The notes beneath the pieces are model-generated. The model had not been told where the DNA came from, did no database searches, and was given only the letters and a program-made list of their open reading frames with translations. From a virus (taxonomy: Duplodnaviria > Caudoviricetes), in IMG/VR virus record IMGVR_UViG_3300033480_000053, positions 1-25,450 of that record: 25,450 nucleotides of DNA, one strand, 5' to 3'. A program made the position numbers and the translations under genes. This document shows, piece by piece, positions 1 through 8,562 of the stretch. The first letter of the stretch is position 1. Each line of letters opens with the position of its first letter.

Positions 1-2
1 CG

Positions 3-110
3 AAGATTATTGAGATTATATCTCCCCAAGGTAAAAGATCAAATCATCCCGGAAACGAAGCCAGAGAACTTGTAAAAAAATGGTTTGATTTTGCGAATAA
101 AAAGGAGTAA
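3..110 (+). CDS. 3' end of a hypothetical protein truncated by the window edge
   Basis: Open frame KIIEIISPQGKRSNHPGNEARELVKKWFDFANKKE to TAA at 108-110; its end contains the AAGGAG RBS of the next gene. Confidence 0.5.
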   Translation, partial: KIIEIISPQGKRSNHPGNEARELVKKWFDFANKKE

Positions 111-113
111 TTC

Positions 114-968
114 ATGCAACCACTGAATTCTACTCTCCTCCCGAACGAGTTCATCGACGAGTACCTTCCCGTCCTTCCCGGTTCCTGCGTCGCCGTCTTC
201 CTGTTCCTGGCGCGCATGACGACCGGCTTCGCGCGCGACGTCCGCGAGCAGTGGACGAAGGCGGAGATCGCCGAGCGGAGCGGATATACAGAGAAGATCG
301 TGAATGACGCTATAAACGTCTTGAAAGAGGAGGGCCTCGTCTGCGTCAAGGCGACGGCCGGCGGCCGGGGTCGCGGGAACAGCTACAGCCTCAACTATGA
401 TCCGGAGAAAAGGGGGGTAGAAATAAGGGGGGTTAAAAAAACCCCTGTAAAAATAGGGGCTTTACACGGTTTTTCAAACGACCTATTCTTGGATAGACCA
501 GCCCCCGAACAACCGACAAGACCGGCTACGCCGGTTGCGCCGGCTACGCCGCCGCAAGCGTTGAAACAAACGAAACCTTCCAAATCAAAAAGAAGTGATG
601 AAGAAAAGATGGCTTTCGACGCGACCTGGAAAGCCTTTGAGGCTGGCGGACAAAAGCTCTCCGGCTCACTACAGGCCAAGTCGATCTGGGAGATGATCGA
701 CCGAGTGAAGGATCGATCAGACTGGCCGAAGTTCCTGGCGAGGATGACGGGAAAGTTCATCGAGATACTAAGCAAGAAGCCGAAGGGGGTGGAGTGCATA
801 TCGAGCCAACCGAGGCTACCGCACATCCTCGCGGGTGAGAAGATTTGGGCGCGCGTGGAGCTGTTACTATCGAAAGCTCCGCAAGAAAATCGGCTCACCG
901 ACTGGGAGCGCAAGGAACTGAAGCGCATCGAGCGCGAGGAAGCGAAAGAGGCCGGGGTATGCTTCTGA
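114..968 (+). CDS. Putative phage replication initiator (N-terminal winged HTH, Pro/Ala linker)
   Basis: N-terminus LLPNEFIDEYLP..AVFLFLARMTTGF..AEIAERSG..AINVLKEEGLV resembles lambda O/DnaD-type initiators; AAGGAG RBS; internal repeat cluster. Confidence 0.7.
   Translation: MQPLNSTLLPNEFIDEYLPVLPGSCVAVFLFLARMTTGFARDVREQWTKAEIAERSGYTEKIVNDAINVLKEEGLVCVKATAGGRGRGNSYSLNYDPEKRGVEIRGVKKTPVKIGALHGFSNDLFLDRPAPEQPTRPATPVAPATPPQALKQTKPSKSKRSDEEKMAFDATWKAFEAGGQKLSGSLQAKSIWEMIDRVKDRSDWPKFLARMTGKFIEILSKKPKGVECISSQPRLPHILAGEKIWARVELLLSKAPQENRLTDWERKELKRIEREEAKEAGVCF
407..475. repeat. Candidate iteron/origin cluster inside the initiator gene
   Basis: AAAAGGGGGGTAG, AAATAAGGGGGGTTA and AAAAATAGGGGCTTTA direct copies, plus an inverted AAAAAAACCCCT copy, directly after the HTH-coding region. 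Confidence 0.5.
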
Positions 969-1414
969 ACAACAAGCCGATACCAGTCAAGACGAAAAAA
1001 GAAAAAGAAGACGCCTGGCAGAAGTTGTGCCTCGCGTACGTAGACAAGGCCGAAGCCGTTTACAACCTCGGAGAAAAACTTGTCGCGAATCTCATGGGGA
1101 TGGAATTAGACGGCGGGAAGTGCCCGAAGTGTTCGGAACCGTGGGTGAAGGTCAAGTTCGACAACCCGTTCGGCGCGGGAGAATACTACACACCGGCGTG
1201 CTACTGCTTTTACTCATGCCCTCGGTGCCGGAAGCAATTGTATCTCGCCCAGGCGAGCGGGAAGCTCGAGACGGCGAACTGGATGTGCACCAACTGCTCC
1301 TTCCCGCTCACGCAGGAGGCGGAGGAGATGGTTTTAAAGCAGTACGGGGAAAGTGAACTAGGACAAGTACGGCGCAAAATCATGCAGCGGTACTTCGATT
1401 CATTTAAGAGGTGA
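959..1414 (+). CDS. Cys-rich zinc-finger protein
   Basis: CPKC, CYC, CPRC and CTNC motifs. ATG 959 overlaps the end of the initiator gene and is preferred over the track start at 845. Confidence 0.65.
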   Translation: MLLNNKPIPVKTKKEKEDAWQKLCLAYVDKAEAVYNLGEKLVANLMGMELDGGKCPKCSEPWVKVKFDNPFGAGEYYTPACYCFYSCPRCRKQLYLAQASGKLETANWMCTNCSFPLTQEAEEMVLKQYGESELGQVRRKIMQRYFDSFKR

Positions 1415-1426
1415 GGGGAGGAAATC

Positions 1427-1774
1427 ATGCGTCACTGGATAGCTGGCCTGATAGTCTTCGCGGTGATTCTGGCGACGGCCTCCGGCTACACGGCCCTCGC
1501 CTACCTCATGGAAGAGCTGCACCGCCCGAAGCCGGTGACGAACGTCATGGCGCTCCCCTACAGCCAAGGCGCGCCGCGGGCTACGGACTACCGGGACGAC
1601 GGGAAACCGGAGTGCGAGCGGAGGTGCGTCGACCCGCCCACGCTCTTCGAGTTCTTCGACGGTTTCACGTTCTCGGTTGGTCGGACCGGGAAGGCGACCT
1701 ATTATTATCGCGGAGAAAAAATATTGGTAGATACCAAAAGAATACGAATTAAGGCTGGCGATAAAGATGATTAG
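1427..1774 (+). CDS. Hypothetical membrane-anchored/secreted protein
   Basis: GGGGAGG RBS; hydrophobic N-terminus WIAGLIVFAVILATASGYTALAYL. Confidence 0.7.
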   Translation: MRHWIAGLIVFAVILATASGYTALAYLMEELHRPKPVTNVMALPYSQGAPRATDYRDDGKPECERRCVDPPTLFEFFDGFTFSVGRTGKATYYYRGEKILVDTKRIRIKAGDKDD

Positions 1775-1783
1775 GAGAAGAAC

Positions 1784-2008
1784 ATGAACTGCATATGCGG
1801 AGAAAAATTAAGAGAGATTCCTGCCGTCGTAAAAGGAGATCTGACCGTCATCCGCTGTCCTCTCTGCAAGCGAGCGATGGGTGCTTCTACGTGGGCGATG
1901 GCAGCCGATATGTGGGAATCATTCTTGATATACAAAGATGAGAGGAAGCGGGAGAATGAAAGAAGAAATAATCGGAGACGCGCGGCTCATACTCGGGGAT
2001 GTTCTTAA
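1784..2008 (+). CDS. Small Zn-ribbon protein, Lar (restriction alleviation)-like
   Basis: AGGAG RBS; CICG...IRCPLC...AADMWE matches the CxxCG..CxxC..AxxxW layout of Lar-like proteins. Confidence 0.5.
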   Translation: MNCICGEKLREIPAVVKGDLTVIRCPLCKRAMGASTWAMAADMWESFLIYKDERKRENERRNNRRRAAHTRGCS

Positions 2009-3065
2009 AGTCCTGCGTCAACTTCCGGAAGAATCCATCAACTGTGTCATAACGAGCCCGCCATATTGGGGACTTCGCGATTATGGCGTCCCCGGTCAAA
2101 TCGGTCTCGAGCACCGGCCCGAACTCTATATTCTTAAACTGAAAATCATTTTCAACCAGATTCGGCGGGTTTTGAGAACGGATGGCACTTGTTGGATTAA
2201 CCTTGGAGATTCGTATGCCGGCGGCGGGAATGGTGCCCGCGACGAAACCAGATGGCCGAAGCAATCACGGAACGCAAACGGATATAAATCCATCCATGTC
2301 AAGAAGGGGTCCGGTTGCAAGCCGAAGGATCTCGTCGGCATTCCCTGGGCCGTCGCTTTTGCGCTCCGCGCCGCCGGGTGGTGGCTCCGCCAGGACATCA
2401 TCTGGTCGAAGCCGAACACGATGCCGGAAAGCGTCAGGGACCGCTGCACGAAATCTCATGAGTATATCTTTCTCCTCACGAAGAACGCCCGATACTACTT
2501 CAATCAGAATGCCATCATGGAAAAAGCGAGTGAAAATACTCACGCGCGCGTTTCCCAGAATATCGCGGCTCAGATCGGTAGTTTTCGCGCAAACGGCGGC
2601 GCGAAAACGAACGGGCCGATGAAGACCGTGTTCCGGGGATCCAGCGCGAAGGTCGGGAAGAGGTCAGATGGCGTCAAGGCGAATGAGTCGTTCCTGGAAT
2701 CGGTCGTACTCATGCCCGACAAGCGAAACAAACGCAGTGTCTGGGAGATCGCCCCGACGCCATTTAAGGAGGCCCACTTCGCCACCTTCCCTGAGAAACT
2801 CGTTGAGCCTTGTGTCCTCGCCGGTTGTCCTCCTGACGGGGTAGTCATGGATCCGTTCATGGGCTCTGGCACGACCGGGATTGTCGCGATCCGGCTCGGG
2901 AGAAAGTTTGTCGGTATCGAGTTGAAGCCGGAATACCTGGAGATGGCGAAACGGAGAATAAAAAAGGGCTGGGCTCATCAACCCCGCCTCTTCCCCGCCG
3001 CCGAGATCGAGCCCAAGCCGCAAGAGCTATTCCCCGCTTGTCCGCAAGAAGAAAATCCGCTATAA
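1956..3065 (+). CDS. Orphan DNA methyltransferase, N6_N4 family (beta order, SPPY, probably m4C)
   Basis: CVITSPPYWGLRDY catalytic motif, HFATFPEKLV, VMDPFMGSGTT SAM-binding motif, GIEL. Start 1956 follows GGGAG. Confidence 0.93.
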   Translation: MKEEIIGDARLILGDVLKVLRQLPEESINCVITSPPYWGLRDYGVPGQIGLEHRPELYILKLKIIFNQIRRVLRTDGTCWINLGDSYAGGGNGARDETRWPKQSRNANGYKSIHVKKGSGCKPKDLVGIPWAVAFALRAAGWWLRQDIIWSKPNTMPESVRDRCTKSHEYIFLLTKNARYYFNQNAIMEKASENTHARVSQNIAAQIGSFRANGGAKTNGPMKTVFRGSSAKVGKRSDGVKANESFLESVVLMPDKRNKRSVWEIAPTPFKEAHFATFPEKLVEPCVLAGCPPDGVVMDPFMGSGTTGIVAIRLGRKFVGIELKPEYLEMAKRRIKKGWAHQPRLFPAAEIEPKPQELFPACPQEENPL

Positions 3066-3066
3066 T
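3038..3066 (+). promoter_or_regulatory. Candidate sigma70-type promoter upstream of the UDG-like/terminase genes
   Basis: TTGTCC (3038-3043), 17-nt spacer, perfect TATAAT (3061-3066). Confidence 0.5.
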
Positions 3067-3076
3067 CGGAGGCGAT

Positions 3077-3511
3077 ATGAAACCGCTACTCGTCGGAGAG
3101 ATAAACAGCCGGAACGACAACCCGGCCTTTGACTTGTACCCGCTCCCCCCAGAGGCCGCCGGCGGACGACTCTGCAAGCTCCTCGGTATAACCTCCCGCC
3201 AATACCTCCGCACCTTTGACCGGGTAAACCTCTGCCGCAATAAGTGGGTTGCCTCGGATGCGAAGATCGTCGCCAGACTCGTAAATCTCAACCGACCGGC
3301 GGTCATCCTCCTCGGTCGGAAGGTGGCCGCGGCCTTCGGGATGTCCGGCGCCGCGCCGTTTACGAAGACCGCCGTCAAGGTCGGGGGGCGCGGGACCGTC
3401 TTCTACACCATCCCCCACCCGAGCGGTCGGAACCGCGTCTGGAACGACCCCGCGAACGTGACCAGGCTCCGCCGCCTACTCTCGCCCATCCTTCGAGGCG
3501 CACATGGCTGA
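3077..3511 (+). CDS. Uracil-DNA glycosylase-like superfamily protein
   Basis: LLVGE at the N-terminus, AGGRL, VNLC, VILLGRKVA and IPHPSGRN motifs; GGAGG RBS before ATG 3077. Confidence 0.65.
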   Translation: MKPLLVGEINSRNDNPAFDLYPLPPEAAGGRLCKLLGITSRQYLRTFDRVNLCRNKWVASDAKIVARLVNLNRPAVILLGRKVAAAFGMSGAAPFTKTAVKVGGRGTVFYTIPHPSGRNRVWNDPANVTRLRRLLSPILRGAHG

Positions 3512-3845
3512 TAAACAGAGCCCCAAGAAAAAAAGAAGCAAGGCGGGTGGCAGGCCATTCAAGCCGGGACAGAGCGGAAACCCTCTCGGCCGCCCGAAAA
3601 AAGGGCAGGCGTTCACCGACATCCTCCGCCAGGTCGGAGAATCAAGCGAAAAGCGGACCAGGGCCGGGAAAATCCGCTACAATCAGGCCCTCGCTATCAA
3701 GGTATGGGACAAGGCCCTGAAAGGAACCAGGTGGGCCTGTGAACTCATCTACAACCGCCTTGACGGAAAACCAGTCGAGACCGTCGACGCCAAGCTCAAC
3801 ATGACCTACTCGATAAAGAAGGCCGGGGAACCTCCGCAGGAATGA
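3504..3845 (+). CDS. terS: Terminase small subunit (DUF5681-like N-terminus)
   Basis: FKPGQSGNPLGRPKK motif, ALKG..ACELIYNRLDGKP; immediately upstream of and overlapping terL. Confidence 0.85.
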   Translation: MADKQSPKKKRSKAGGRPFKPGQSGNPLGRPKKGQAFTDILRQVGESSEKRTRAGKIRYNQALAIKVWDKALKGTRWACELIYNRLDGKPVETVDAKLNMTYSIKKAGEPPQE

Positions 3846-5128
3846 GCCAAGCGTGCGCGGTCAAGGTCGATCTCTCCGGTATCTGGGACATCACCAACAA
3901 GGCATACTGGAAATACCTCGATGACTTTCGGCGCTACCAGATATTCAAGGGCGGCGCCGGGGCCGGGAAGTCGGTTTTCCTATCGCAGCGCGACATTTAT
4001 CACCTCTTGTCTATCCCCGGATACAACATCATGATTCTCCGCAAGATCGCGCGCGACAATCACGATACGACATTCGCGGAAATGAAAAAGGCGATATATT
4101 CCGGAGAGAACCTCAATCAGTTATTCAAGATAAACGAGAGCAAGGGGGCCGAGGAAATCGTCTGCCTCGTGAACGGGAACAAAGTCATCTTTCGCGGGCT
4201 GGATAACGTCAACCAGCTCAAGAGCACGACCTTCGAGACCGGAGACCTCGTTGAAATCCGCATCGAGGAGGCCGACGAGACGAGCGAGGAGGACTTCAAC
4301 CAGCTCGACCTCCGGCTCCGCGGAATCGGTGAGATACCGAAGCACCTCGTCATGTCCTTCAATCCGATTGACGTGACGAGCTGGATAAAATCCCGCTTCT
4401 TTGACTGCGTTCTTGGCAAGGATGATGGTTTCATCTGCGAGACGACATATCACGACAACCGCTACCTCGATTCGGAGTATATCAAGAACCTCGAACGGCT
4501 CAAGAATATCGACTGGTACTACTACCAGGTCTATGTCCTCAATCAGTGGGGCGCCCGGACCGTGGCGCGGGTATTCGCCAATCTAAAGATTCATGACTTC
4601 GATATCCCTGACCGGAAGATGAAGAACCTGCGGGCCGGGGCTGACTTTGGATTCAATCATGCGTCGGCATTCGAGCGAGTTGGGTTCGTCGACGGTGAGA
4701 TGTACATCTATTCAGAAGTCTACATGAAAAATAAGCTGAATCATGATTTCATCGAAGCCATAAAGAGAGTTCATCCAGCCTCTCTTCCGATTACTGGAGA
4801 TAGCGCGAATCCGGATAAGATCGAAGAGGCGAATATCGCTGGACTCAATATGTATGGTGCCATCAAAGGAAAGGACAGCGTTCGGCAAGTAATCGATTGG
4901 ATGAAATCGCTGCCGGCGATACATGTTCATGCAACAAATTGTCCGAATGCCGCGCGTGAGTTGACTAGATTTAAATATCGACAACTCAAGGACGGGAGGG
5001 TGATCGATGAGTTCGTTGAAATAGATGATGACACTGTTGCTGCAATACGGTATGCTGTAGAAGATATAGCGAATTATGGGCAGAACAAGGGAAAGAACAT
5101 CTTCGCAGACGGAGCGGTGTCATGGTAG
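3842..5128 (+). CDS. terL: Terminase large subunit, PBSX family
   Basis: Walker A GGAGAGKS, FRGLD, Walker B IEEA, SFNP coupling motif, nuclease motifs GADFGFNH, DSA and DDDTVAAIRYA. Confidence 0.95.
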   Translation: MSQACAVKVDLSGIWDITNKAYWKYLDDFRRYQIFKGGAGAGKSVFLSQRDIYHLLSIPGYNIMILRKIARDNHDTTFAEMKKAIYSGENLNQLFKINESKGAEEIVCLVNGNKVIFRGLDNVNQLKSTTFETGDLVEIRIEEADETSEEDFNQLDLRLRGIGEIPKHLVMSFNPIDVTSWIKSRFFDCVLGKDDGFICETTYHDNRYLDSEYIKNLERLKNIDWYYYQVYVLNQWGARTVARVFANLKIHDFDIPDRKMKNLRAGADFGFNHASAFERVGFVDGEMYIYSEVYMKNKLNHDFIEAIKRVHPASLPITGDSANPDKIEEANIAGLNMYGAIKGKDSVRQVIDWMKSLPAIHVHATNCPNAARELTRFKYRQLKDGRVIDEFVEIDDDTVAAIRYAVEDIANYGQNKGKNIFADGAVSW

Positions 5129-6522
5129 ACGAAAAACTGAACGAGGCGCGGCTCAAGCTGGCGCAGCTCGTCGAGCGACCGCTTTTCCGCGGCCGGGAGA
5201 TCATGCGAACGCGCCTGCAGGTCCAGGCCCTGGAAGAGGCCCAGCGCAGCATCCTGACGACGCTCGTCACGCGGTTTACCCAGATCGCCAAGGTCGTAGA
5301 CAAGAACAACTACGCCGAATACGCAACGCAGGTATCGGCCGCATACGAGATGTACAACGGCAGGGCGGTCTACGGCGGGGAGATACTTCGCGGGATCGTC
5401 GACATTCGAGCGGCCTTCATCGGCGGGGAGGGCCTGTCGGTGTACGCGAAAAAGAAGGCGACCCAGGACTTCATCGACTCGCTGTTCAAGAAAAACAGAC
5501 TGAACGGATCGCGGTTGATAAAGATGATCGAGACCGGAGAGCTTGAGGGCAGGAACCTCATCCTCATCCTCAAGGACGACGAGGCCAAGGTCCCGAAGGT
5601 TCGGACATTCGCCTGGTACACGAACAAGTACACGGTGACCGGCGACCCGCTCGACCCGGAAGAGGTGGCGAAGATCGAGTATAAGGTCAGAGGCGAGACA
5701 AAGAGCATCAACGTCAAGCAGTCGGTCTACGTCAAGCTCGGGGGGACCGACCTCGACCTGAACAAGACGCCGGGCCGCATCCACTGCGTGATGACCGACT
5801 TCGAGAACTTCTCCAGGGCGAAGTACGACCTCCGCAAGAACACCCACCTGTTCGGCCGCGTCCTCCCGAAGTGGAAGACCTTGACGAGCAAGGAGGCTGA
5901 GGACATCATGGAGGCGTTGCAGAAGCGCAACTTCGAGATCGGCTCCGCCTTCGCCGGTACCGCCGATATGGGACTGCTCGAGCCCACCGGATCGGCCGGC
6001 GCGTCAGTCGAGAAGGACGCGCTCCTCGCTTTGAAGTGCATATCGACTACGACCGGCGTCCCCATCTACTTCATGGCGTGGCCGGAGCTCATGAGCAACC
6101 GCTCCACGGCCGAGACCATGTTCGAGTCCATCAACGCCGCGACGAAGAAGGACCGCCTCATATGGGAGGAGTCGTTCCGCGAGCTCATCGAAAAGTGTAT
6201 GGAGTTCTCCATCGACGCGGGGTACAAGGGGAACGAGATCCGCGGCGACTTCGAGGTCAAGCTCCCGCTCATATCCATCGAACAGCTCAAGCAACTCATC
6301 GAGGTCTGGAAGCCGCTGCAACAGGACGGCGATATCTCCCTGTTCACTTTCCGGAACATGCTGCCGGGGATCGACCCCGCGCGCGAGAAGCAGCTCGTCA
6401 AAGAGGAGCGTGAGGAAGCGGCCAAGGAAAGCCCGGAAGCTAACCACACCGTCGACGAGACTATCGAAGAGATGCGCGGCGAAGGCGGCGAGCCTCCGCT
6501 TGACAAGGAAGGCGCGGAGTAG
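5122..6522 (+). CDS. Portal protein
   Basis: 466 aa, directly after terL, helical; ISTTTGVPIYF..NRSTAE pattern typical of portals. Confidence 0.85.
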   Translation: MVDEKLNEARLKLAQLVERPLFRGREIMRTRLQVQALEEAQRSILTTLVTRFTQIAKVVDKNNYAEYATQVSAAYEMYNGRAVYGGEILRGIVDIRAAFIGGEGLSVYAKKKATQDFIDSLFKKNRLNGSRLIKMIETGELEGRNLILILKDDEAKVPKVRTFAWYTNKYTVTGDPLDPEEVAKIEYKVRGETKSINVKQSVYVKLGGTDLDLNKTPGRIHCVMTDFENFSRAKYDLRKNTHLFGRVLPKWKTLTSKEAEDIMEALQKRNFEIGSAFAGTADMGLLEPTGSAGASVEKDALLALKCISTTTGVPIYFMAWPELMSNRSTAETMFESINAATKKDRLIWEESFRELIEKCMEFSIDAGYKGNEIRGDFEVKLPLISIEQLKQLIEVWKPLQQDGDISLFTFRNMLPGIDPAREKQLVKEEREEAAKESPEANHTVDETIEEMRGEGGEPPLDKEGAE

Positions 6523-6551
6523 TAAATCTAATCATAAAGGAGAAAGCGGAC

Positions 6552-6791
6552 ATGAAGAACGACGAGTTGGAAAGCATAAAACAGAGCGAGCGGCAAGGGA
6601 AATTGATAAGCACACACAATTTGGTTCCCGAGGGGAAGCCGATCGCGCGAAAGCACGTCGACCGCTTCGTGAATCGCCTTCAGGGAAAGCCGCTCCCGCC
6701 AGTCGAGGAAGACGAAGAGGACGAGGAAGAGCCCGAGGACTTCCTCGACAAAACGCAGAACAAGAAAAAGAAGCCGACGATAACGGAGTAG
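6552..6791 (+). CDS. Hypothetical protein with acidic tract and basic C-terminus
   Basis: AAGGAG RBS; 79 aa containing EEDEEDEEEPED. Confidence 0.65.
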   Translation: MKNDELESIKQSERQGKLISTHNLVPEGKPIARKHVDRFVNRLQGKPLPPVEEDEEDEEEPEDFLDKTQNKKKKPTITE

Positions 6792-6795
6792 AACT

Positions 6796-8133
6796 ATTCC
6801 GTACCCCAACGAGCACGCCGCGAGACTTATAAGCCCCGAAAGATTCGAGAAGGACTCCTTTCGCCGCAAGGCAATCGCCAGCGGGATTTCTATTATTGTC
6901 GGTCAACTCAAGGGACAGGATAAAACTACAGCGCAGGCGTACCGCTTTGACAAGGACGAGTTCACCCCCGAGCAGGCTAAGACGTGGCTCGACGAGCACA
7001 AGGTCAAGGCTATATCCTTCGAGCCGGCAAGCGGATCAAGGCGGGTTCAGGCGACGATGGCGCTCCGCTGTCAGGTCCAGGCGATGGCGGAGACGGAGAT
7101 CATATCACACATTCCAGAACATACTCTCCGCAGGATTAGGGAGCGCGACCGGCATCCGACATTCCAGGCGTACTCGCTGGTTCACGAGGGGACGAGCACG
7201 CCGAAGATACTGTGCGGGCGTGCGAAGCCGACCGTCTGGGTGCGCGCGGCCGTGCAGAGCATCAAGAGCGCCGTACTGAAGGGGCTCCGGTTCTTCTTGG
7301 GCCACGGCCGGACGAACGACACGTCGGGCAGGGAACCCGTGGGCGAGGTGGTGGGGAACTTCGAGAAGGAAATCGACGGCCAGCTCCACCACGTCGTCAT
7401 CGGGTACTTCCCGGACCCGCGCAAGGTCGAGAAGTGCGACGCATGCTCACACGAGGGGGAGTGGAACCTCACCGAGTACCAGGACCACTACGAGGCCGGC
7501 ACCCTTGACCGGATGACCGGAATCGCGCTATACAATAGCCAGGAGCAGGAACCTGCGTTCCCGGGCGCGCGGCGCCTGGCGATGGTGCAGGCTTATGATA
7601 ATTCCGGGGAGCAGAAGAAGGAGACGAAGATGGAGATCAACCTGGCGACCGCGAGCATCGACGAGATCAGGGCCGAGGTGAAGAGGCGGAACGTACTGCC
7701 CCGGCAGCTGTTCGCCGTCGAGGAGCTGAAGGAGGACAAGGACATCGAGAAGATCGTCAAGGACCTGGAGTCGGCCGCGAAGGCGCTCAAGGAGAAGGAC
7801 GACAGGATAACCGCGATGTCCGAGGACCGAAAGAAGCTCGACGCGCAGATCGTCGCGTCCACCGCGAAGGACCGCCTGGTTAATCTCCTCAAGGACGAGA
7901 AGGTCACCGAGCGCCAGGAGAAGTACATCCTGCGCTCGTTCAAACCTGAGGGCGACGTCACGGACGCCGGACTCAAGAAGTACGTGGCTGACAAGCTCAC
8001 TGATTATAAGGCGAATGCCGAGTTCTTCGGCGGGGCCGGCCAGGAGCAGGTCGAGCAGAGCAGCGGAACACAAGACACCACCGACCTCACGAAGAAGGAT
8101 AACAACCCCCTTCTCGCTGAGGATTTGGAGTAA
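6796..8133 (+). CDS. Prohead protease/scaffold fusion with N-terminal PYPNEH domain (non-canonical ATT start; track start 7057)
   Basis: Frame is open from 6784. GGAG-7nt-ATT-CCG-TAC-CCC-AAC-GAG-CAC. Protease-like FFLGHG..PVGEVV..CSHEG region, then a charged coiled-coil scaffold. Position before the capsid genes. Confidence 0.75.
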   Translation: MPYPNEHAARLISPERFEKDSFRRKAIASGISIIVGQLKGQDKTTAQAYRFDKDEFTPEQAKTWLDEHKVKAISFEPASGSRRVQATMALRCQVQAMAETEIISHIPEHTLRRIRERDRHPTFQAYSLVHEGTSTPKILCGRAKPTVWVRAAVQSIKSAVLKGLRFFLGHGRTNDTSGREPVGEVVGNFEKEIDGQLHHVVIGYFPDPRKVEKCDACSHEGEWNLTEYQDHYEAGTLDRMTGIALYNSQEQEPAFPGARRLAMVQAYDNSGEQKKETKMEINLATASIDEIRAEVKRRNVLPRQLFAVEELKEDKDIEKIVKDLESAAKALKEKDDRITAMSEDRKKLDAQIVASTAKDRLVNLLKDEKVTERQEKYILRSFKPEGDVTDAGLKKYVADKLTDYKANAEFFGGAGQEQVEQSSGTQDTTDLTKKDNNPLLAEDLE

Positions 8134-8136
8134 CAC

Positions 8137-8553
8137 ATGTCTTTTCTTTGGCAAGACGTCGAGATATACGACGAACTCTGCGACGAACTCGGGCCCGATC
8201 CTGCCGCACTAACAAGCGGACAGGCGCGAGTCATCCAGGAGTGCTTCAGTTTCCTGTTGCAGACGCAGGAGGTCGCGAGCCAGGAGCTGACGCCGGTCTA
8301 CCGGTGCCGCCAGGTCAAGGCGAGCAAGCGCGTCGGAACCGGCGAGGACATCCTGCACGGCGACCGGCTCTACGCCTACCCGCTGGGCGGGCTTCCGGTC
8401 ACACAGTTCCAGGACTTCGAGGTCTCCCCGAACGCCGTCGGCGTCGCGGGGACCGACTTCGTGTTCTGCGGATGGGCCAAGGAGGACGCCCCGGCCGCGG
8501 CCGAGTTCGTCCTCATGAACTTCGACGGGACTCGTCCCGACCAACTCTTCTAA
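8137..8553 (+). CDS. Probable capsid decoration/cement protein
   Basis: 138 aa between scaffold and major capsid gene; GEDILHGDRLY..FCGWAKEDA resembles DUF2190-type decoration proteins. Confidence 0.6.
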   Translation: MSFLWQDVEIYDELCDELGPDPAALTSGQARVIQECFSFLLQTQEVASQELTPVYRCRQVKASKRVGTGEDILHGDRLYAYPLGGLPVTQFQDFEVSPNAVGVAGTDFVFCGWAKEDAPAAAEFVLMNFDGTRPDQLF

Positions 8554-8562
8554 GGAGGGAGT

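Noticed and set aside
6500-6530. Perfect TTGACA at the end of the portal gene
   Set aside because: No convincing -10 hexamer at 16-18 nt spacing; it lies in coding sequence.
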